Program-made: the position numbers and the translations under genes | Shown here: one piece after another, positions 32,202 to 37,540 of the stretch | Layout: the number at the start of each line of letters is the position of its first letter | How positions within the stretch are numbered: position 1 is the stretch's first letter | IMG/VR virus record: IMGVR_UViG_3300045988_171251 | Origin: a virus | Length of the DNA: 37,540 nucleotides | Direction: 5' to 3' (one strand) | The notes under the pieces: model-generated | Database searches by the model: none | What the model was told of the DNA's origin: nothing | What the model saw: the letters and a program-made list of their open reading frames with translations, nothing else

Positions 32202-33368
32202 ATGGCATTCAATTTTTTTAAATGGCTTGCAGGCAAAGATACTGCTCCCAAAAAAGCAGATACCAAAGCTGTATGTTTTCAGCTGGCAAGTGAGATTATG
32301 GTTAGGGAACTGGCCTTTAATCTTATTTCCAACAAGATAGCAAATGCGGTTTCAAAATGTACCGTAAATGTATATGAAAACAACAGGCGGGTAAAGAATG
32401 ATGAGTGGTACAGATGGAATATTCAGCCAAACAGGAATCAAAGTGCTACACAGTTCTGGGCAAAACTGATCAATCATCTTTATGAAAATAATGAAGCACT
32501 TGTAGTAGTGAACAATGAAGAGCTTTATGTTGCAGATGACTATCAGCTGAATGATGATTCTGCATTTTTCGAACACTATTTTCAGCATGTTACAGTAAAC
32601 AGTTTTACATATTCCAGAAACCTCAGAATGAGCGAGGTTTTTTATTTTAAGCTGAATTCTAAAAATCTTAGAACCTATCTTGACGGCACTCTTTCTCTTT
32701 ATGCTGGTCTTATCAATGCGGCGTATTCAAGCTATCTTGTTGCAAACGGCAACAAGGGAATTTTGAAAATAGACCAGTTTGCAGAGCAGGGTGATGAGTT
32801 TGAAGATTATTTCAAACAGCTTGTCAATGAGGATTTTAAGACATTCTTTTCAAATGCAAATGCTGTCCTGCCTTTATTTGAGGGGTATGAATATAAGCAG
32901 CTGGAGAACAAAGGAACACAGTCTACTACAAGGGATTTCAAAGCGCTGCTTGACGATGTCATATCTCTTACGGCAAATGCGTTCAATGTACCCTCAGCCA
33001 TAGCCAACGGCGATGTACAGGATACTTCAAAAGCAGTTAATGATTTTCTGACATTCTGCATTGATCCGCTGATAGAGATGTTCAGCGATGAAATGAACAG
33101 AAAACTGTTTACAAAAGGACAGATACTGAAAGGCACATATGTAAAATTTGATACAAAAGCAATCAAACATATCGACCTGCTTGATGTTGCTACAGCAATT
33201 GATAAGCTCATTTCAAGCGGATTTACTTGTATCAACGATCTTCGTGAGATTTGCGGTTTTGACAGAATCGACGAATCATGGGCTAATCAGTTCTTTATGA
33301 CCAAGAACTATTCTACAGTCGAAGATCTCATGAAAGCACTGAAAGGAGGTGATGAAGATGAAGAATAA
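32202..33368 (+). CDS. Portal protein (HK97 family).
   Basis: SD AAGGGGG. 388 aa. Lies between terL and the protease. Confidence 0.8.
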   Translation: MAFNFFKWLAGKDTAPKKADTKAVCFQLASEIMVRELAFNLISNKIANAVSKCTVNVYENNRRVKNDEWYRWNIQPNRNQSATQFWAKLINHLYENNEALVVVNNEELYVADDYQLNDDSAFFEHYFQHVTVNSFTYSRNLRMSEVFYFKLNSKNLRTYLDGTLSLYAGLINAAYSSYLVANGNKGILKIDQFAEQGDEFEDYFKQLVNEDFKTFFSNANAVLPLFEGYEYKQLENKGTQSTTRDFKALLDDVISLTANAFNVPSAIANGDVQDTSKAVNDFLTFCIDPLIEMFSDEMNRKLFTKGQILKGTYVKFDTKAIKHIDLLDVATAIDKLISSGFTCINDLREICGFDRIDESWANQFFMTKNYSTVEDLMKALKGGDEDEE

Positions 33369-34041
33369 TTTTTATCAGTTGACTAATCAGGATGAAAACA
33401 ATGCTGAATTATATATTTATGGAGATATCACCTCATATAAGTGGTATGAAGATGAGGTGTGCGCCTATGACATGGCAAAAGAACTTGCACAGCTTGGTGA
33501 AAAAGACTTATCTGTAAGAATCAATTCCTATGGCGGTGAAGTAGCTCAGGGACTTGCAATTTACAATCTTTTAAAGAATTACAAGGGAACTGTTACAACA
33601 TTGTGTGACGGCTTTGCATGCAGTGCAGCATCGGTTATCTTTATGGCTGGAACTGAAAGAAAAATGCCACGGTCAAGTCTGCTTATGATCCACAATGCAT
33701 GGACTTATGCAGCAGGTGATTCAAATGCATTAAGAAAAGCTGCTGATGATATAGAGAAAATCACTCAGCCTTCTGTTGAAATCTATAAATTATGTTCCAG
33801 TCTCAGCGAGGAACAGATTAAAGAGATGATGGACCGTGAGGAATGGATAACAGCAGACGAAGCACTCAGTTATGGTTTTGCAACTGAAATCGTAGAGGAC
33901 ACAGTCAAACAGTCACTGCACGACGGTATACTAGCAAAACTCGTACTTAGGAATAAAGAACTTGAAAAACAGTTGAACAATACTCAGCCGTTACAGAAAA
34001 AAGGCTGGTTTTTTAAATGTCAAAAAACAGAGGAGGAATAG
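33358..34041 (+). CDS. Prohead protease, ClpP-like (S14).
   Basis: INSYGGEVAQGLAIYN...GFACSAASVIFMAG...MIHNAW (Ser/His/Asp-type ClpP motifs). ATG 33358 is 8 nt after AAAGGAGG. Confidence 0.85.
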   Translation: MKNNFYQLTNQDENNAELYIYGDITSYKWYEDEVCAYDMAKELAQLGEKDLSVRINSYGGEVAQGLAIYNLLKNYKGTVTTLCDGFACSAASVIFMAGTERKMPRSSLLMIHNAWTYAAGDSNALRKAADDIEKITQPSVEIYKLCSSLSEEQIKEMMDREEWITADEALSYGFATEIVEDTVKQSLHDGILAKLVLRNKELEKQLNNTQPLQKKGWFFKCQKTEEE

Positions 34042-34045
34042 ATAA

Positions 34046-35278
34046 ATGACATTAGCAGTTATGAATCAAAAAAGAGCAGAGATTTTAACGAAGATGGTTG
34101 AAGCTATGCATAACGAGGACAGTGATGCATACACCAGCTGTTTAAATGAGCTTGCTCAAAATATCGAAGAGAACATTTTAGAAAGAGCTAATGAGTTAGC
34201 TGGTAATAATGATGCTCAGATTCTTGCACAGAGAGGAGTAAGACAGCTTACATCATCTGAAAAGAAATATTATGAAAAGCTGGCAGAGGCATTTAGGGCA
34301 TCGGATACTAAACAGGCATTAACAAATCCTGAACTTGTTATGCCGGAAACAGTTATTAATTCAGTGTTTGAAGATTTAAGAACTCAGCATCCACTGCTTG
34401 AAAAAATCAATTTTCAAAATACTATGGGAATGATCAAATTCCTTGTCAACAAAAATGGATATGTTAAAGCGGTATGGGGAAAATTAACAGATAAAATCAC
34501 TAAGGAGCTGGAAAGTTCTTTCAGTGAAGTTGATATGACATTTTTGAAATTATCTGCTTTTATTCCAGTGTCACAGGCAATGCTTGATTTAGGACCATCA
34601 TGGCTTGATACATACGTTAGAGAAATCATGTACGATGCATTAGCAAACGGACTTGAAGATGGAATCATCAATTCATTGAGAACAGATCAGGGTCCAATCG
34701 GGATGATTGCTAATCTGACATCAGGAAGCGCACAAAGCGGATATGTTCAATATACTGCTAAATCAGCAACCGTTATTAAAGATTTTCAGCCGGCAACATT
34801 AGGTGCAGAAATCGCAAAATTAGCAGTTGATGACAACAACAAAACACGAACCATCAGAGATGTAATTTATATCGTAAATCCTGTTGACTATTTTACAAAA
34901 GTATTCCCAGCTACAACAGTAATGGGTGGCGATGGCACCTACAGAAATGATGTTCTTCCTTACCCGATGACTATCATTCAGTCACCGGCAGTTGCTTCAG
35001 GAAAAGCTGTTCTAGGATTAGGATACAGATATTTTGCGGGTATCGGTATGAGTTCAAAGGACGGTAAACTTGAATTTGATGACAGTTGCCAGTTCCTTGA
35101 AGACAACAGGGTATACAAAATCAAATTGTACGGAAACGGTATGCCTATGGATAACAATGCATTCCAGTACCATGATATCAGTCAGTTGAAACCAGCGGTT
35201 GTAAAAGTCGAAGTAACTAATACCGATCCAATCACTACAACGGTAGAGGGTACAGTAAAAACTCAGGCGGCAGGATAG
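34046..35278 (+). CDS. Major capsid protein (HK97 fold).
   Basis: SD GAGGAGG. 410 aa. Follows the protease. Confidence 0.8.
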   Translation: MTLAVMNQKRAEILTKMVEAMHNEDSDAYTSCLNELAQNIEENILERANELAGNNDAQILAQRGVRQLTSSEKKYYEKLAEAFRASDTKQALTNPELVMPETVINSVFEDLRTQHPLLEKINFQNTMGMIKFLVNKNGYVKAVWGKLTDKITKELESSFSEVDMTFLKLSAFIPVSQAMLDLGPSWLDTYVREIMYDALANGLEDGIINSLRTDQGPIGMIANLTSGSAQSGYVQYTAKSATVIKDFQPATLGAEIAKLAVDDNNKTRTIRDVIYIVNPVDYFTKVFPATTVMGGDGTYRNDVLPYPMTIIQSPAVASGKAVLGLGYRYFAGIGMSSKDGKLEFDDSCQFLEDNRVYKIKLYGNGMPMDNNAFQYHDISQLKPAVVKVEVTNTDPITTTVEGTVKTQAAG

Positions 35279-35287
35279 AGACTCTGT

Positions 35288-35581
35288 ATGGAAGAGGAAC
35301 TGTTAGAACTGACAAAGGATTTTCTCGGGCTGGCATGGATTGATGAATCAGCGGAAAAAAAGCTGAAAATCATTATTTCTAACTCCGTAGCTGATCTTGA
35401 TGAAAAGAGCGGAGTTAATAATATTTATACGGAACCAGGAAAAGCGCAGCGCCTTTTCCTGAACCGTGTAATGTATGAACGTGCAAACGCTCTTGATGAT
35501 TTCTATGTAAATTACAGAAAAGAAATCATAGCATTTATCAATAAGGCAAAGGTGAGAAAATATGCTGGCAAGCAGGAATAA
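35288..35581 (+). CDS. Head-tail connector (gp6-like DNA packaging/connector protein).
   Basis: MEEELLELTKDFLGLAWIDESAEKKLK... matches the gp6-like N-terminus. Position is right. Confidence 0.6.
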   Translation: MEEELLELTKDFLGLAWIDESAEKKLKIIISNSVADLDEKSGVNNIYTEPGKAQRLFLNRVMYERANALDDFYVNYRKEIIAFINKAKVRKYAGKQE

Positions 35582-35945
35582 AGCACAAAATGAGCAGTTT
35601 AATGATGGCGTAATAAATGTTTTAGAAGCTGAGGATGGTATCATCAAAAAAAATCTATTTAATGAGATATCTTTTGGAAACAGGACATTCGGAGTCAAAA
35701 GATTTATGGATGCAAAAGTATCTGGAAATACGATAGAAAGAATGATATCAGTACCGATGGAGTGTGTAGATGTGTTTGAACGCAGCAATATTATCGAGAC
35801 AAGAGACTACAGAACAGGAAAGAAAGGACTGTATGAGATTGTTTTAAAACAGCCGAAGTATGACACCGCACCACCGAGCATATATATCACCCTGAAAGGA
35901 ACAGATATAAAATATGTCGATAAAAGAAATAATCAACAGACTTGA
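35562..35945 (+). CDS. Head closure / head-tail joining protein.
   Basis: SD AAAGGTGAG. Pattern ...TFGVKRFMDAKVSG...ETRDYRTGKKGLYEIV. Confidence 0.55.
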   Translation: MLASRNKAQNEQFNDGVINVLEAEDGIIKKNLFNEISFGNRTFGVKRFMDAKVSGNTIERMISVPMECVDVFERSNIIETRDYRTGKKGLYEIVLKQPKYDTAPPSIYITLKGTDIKYVDKRNNQQT

Positions 35946-36228
35946 AAATTATACTGTTCAGTGCAGATTCAGTCATTTAAGCAGAGAGGTAGCACCTCCG
36001 TTTATGGTATATCTCGTACCTGATAGTGATAATTTCAATGCAGACAATAAAGTTTATTACAGTACTAAAAATGTTCAACTGGAATTATACACAAGGGAAA
36101 ATACTCTTGTGGAGGAAGAAAAACTGGAATCATACTTCGATAACTGCGGTATCATCTGGAATAAATCATCACAGTCATGGCTCGATGAAGAAAAGGTAAT
36201 GATGACAGTCTATAGTCTATATGGCTAA
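35914..36228 (+). CDS. Neck/tail-attachment protein (hypothetical).
   Basis: 104-aa ORF in the conserved order. Confidence 0.45.
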   Translation: MSIKEIINRLENYTVQCRFSHLSREVAPPFMVYLVPDSDNFNADNKVYYSTKNVQLELYTRENTLVEEEKLESYFDNCGIIWNKSSQSWLDEEKVMMTVYSLYG

Positions 36229-36625
36229 AAAAATCAAAGTCAGTCAGCTTGAAAAAGCAATCATGAACTGTCTTGAGACATACAGTGATGAAGTGACCAC
36301 CGCAGCAAAAAGTGCTGTAGATGAAATTTCCGATGAGGCATTGAAAATAGTTAAGGATCATGCTCCAACTGATAAAAGAAAAATCAAGAGAAAAGGAAAA
36401 TATAAACGCTCATTAAAAACACGTACAATGTATGAAAGTGTTACTGAAAAGAAAAATGTTATATATGCCAGTGGTGACGAATATCGGCTTACTCATCTGC
36501 TAGAAAACGGTCATGCACTGACAAAGGGCGGAAGAACTGCCCCGCAGCCGCACTTCAAATACGGCGATGATTATATAAATAAAGAACTGTTAAAAAGAAC
36601 AATAAAAAAAATAGGAGGAAAATAG
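36221..36625 (+). CDS. HK97 gp10-family tail component.
   Basis: LKIVKDHAPTDKRKIKRKGKYKRSLK... pattern. About 130 aa. Confidence 0.55.
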   Translation: MAKKIKVSQLEKAIMNCLETYSDEVTTAAKSAVDEISDEALKIVKDHAPTDKRKIKRKGKYKRSLKTRTMYESVTEKKNVIYASGDEYRLTHLLENGHALTKGGRTAPQPHFKYGDDYINKELLKRTIKKIGGK

Positions 36626-37198
36626 ATGTCTGAAGAAAACAAAGTAAGATTTGGACTGTCAAACGTCCATGTAGGTACAGTAACTTTAAGTGATGGTACT
36701 CCATCGTTCAGTATCCCAAAAAAATATCCCGGAGCAGTAAACCTTACAATGGATGCAGAAGGTGAAACAAATACATTCTACGCTGATAATACAGCATATT
36801 ATGTTACTAATACAAATAACGGTTATACTGGAGAGCTGGAAATGGCAGAAGTTCCAGACTGGTTTGAAACGGAATATCTTGGTGCTGTAGCTTCGCAGGA
36901 AGGGCTGGTTGTGGAAATTTCAAACCCGGTACAGAAATTAGCATATTTCATGTTCCAGTTTGAAGGAGATAAAAACGCAACAAAATATATTATTTACAAT
37001 ACAACTTTTAGCAGACCTTCGATTGAAGGAAATACAAAAGAGGATACACTTGAGCCAAATACGACCACAATTCCGTTTACATCAGTTCCGCTGGTAACAG
37101 AGTTTGGTAATATCGTAAAATCCAGAGTTCCAGTATCTTCAGAAAAATATGCTGCCTTTTTTACAACTGCTCCAACTGTTCCAACGAAAGGAGAATAA
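36626..37198 (+). CDS. Major tail protein.
   Basis: SD AGGAGGAAA. 190 aa. Immediately precedes G/GT. Confidence 0.75.
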   Translation: MSEENKVRFGLSNVHVGTVTLSDGTPSFSIPKKYPGAVNLTMDAEGETNTFYADNTAYYVTNTNNGYTGELEMAEVPDWFETEYLGAVASQEGLVVEISNPVQKLAYFMFQFEGDKNATKYIIYNTTFSRPSIEGNTKEDTLEPNTTTIPFTSVPLVTEFGNIVKSRVPVSSEKYAAFFTTAPTVPTKGE

Positions 37199-37204
37199 AA
37201 AGAG

Positions 37205-37540
37205 ATGTATAAAGTAATAAAAATTGAAGATAAACAGATTCCCATGATGTCAAATGGCGGTACTTTAAGAGAGTATCGCCATTTTTTTAAGAGAGATATG
37301 CTTACGGACATTCTCAAAATGGAAACAGCATTTAAAAATCAAAAGTTTGATGATATTGAAGTTGCAGAAATTTTAGAAAATATTGCGTGGGTACTTGCTT
37401 ATAAGGCGAATCCAAAAATCGAACCTGTTTCTGAATGGCTTGAACAGTTTAAAAGTCCATTTGCGGTTATTTCGTCTTATGAAGACATTCAGGAACTTTT
37501 AAGCGATTCAAATACTCCAACTGTAAAACCAAAAAAAAAC
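37205..37540 (+). CDS. Tail assembly chaperone (gpG-like), 5' portion. The ORF runs off the window end and continues at positions 120-146 via the terminal overlap.
   Basis: SD AAAGGAGA. Frame in phase with 3..146. Confidence 0.75.
   Translation, partial: MYKVIKIEDKQIPMMSNGGTLREYRHFFKRDMLTDILKMETAFKNQKFDDIEVAEILENIAWVLAYKANPKIEPVSEWLEQFKSPFAVISSYEDIQELLSDSNTPTVKPKKN

Overview
The window is one complete temperate siphovirus (prophage-type) genome of about 37.4 kb unique sequence from a low-GC host, probably a Firmicutes/Clostridia-type bacterium. The first 119 bases are identical to the last 119 (1-119 = 37422-37540), so the contig closes into a circle. The join falls inside the tail assembly chaperone gene. 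Reading 5'->3' and wrapping, the modules are as follows. (1) A late/structural module on the + strand: RinA/ArpU-like late activator, HNH endonuclease, P27-family small terminase, large terminase, HK97-type portal, ClpP-like prohead protease, major capsid, connector/neck proteins, major tail protein, G/GT chaperone pair with a canonical -1 frameshift at A_AAA_AAA, tape measure, Dit, Tal with a C-terminal S74 intramolecular-chaperone domain, and four tail/fibre proteins. (2) A lysis cassette: an XkdX-like micro-ORF, holin, amidase endolysin with two SH3b domains, and a small membrane coiled-coil protein. (3) A lysogeny module, mostly on the - strand: RHH protein, small membrane peptides, a type-I-toxin-like 36-aa peptide gene with a palindrome-gated promoter, candidate attP, tyrosine integrase, a membrane-anchored DnaQ-like 3'-5' exonuclease-BRCT protein, cI-like S24 repressor, and a divergent cro switch with three operator sites. 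(4) An early region on the + strand: ORF6N/ORF6C antirepressor-like gene, PcfK/PcfJ-like pair, LemA plus membrane-partner moron, a minimal 216-aa tyrosine recombinase, Zn-ribbon paralogs, a small DPPH methyltransferase, a GIY-YIG endonuclease, a replisome organizer and a DnaB helicase. Signals the genes do not explain: a ~110-bp two-hairpin element present in two diverged copies (stems conserved, loops rewritten) in front of the early/replication operon and the late-activator operon; a 16-aa C-terminal motif shared by three consecutive tail proteins; the membrane-tethered exonuclease in the repressor operon, proposed here as a superinfection-exclusion candidate for a cos phage; a GC-rich candidate cos island between HNH and terS; and 15-mer and 12-mer direct repeats near int and in an early divergent promoter. 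All calls rest on reading motifs and signals in the sequence. No database search was run.
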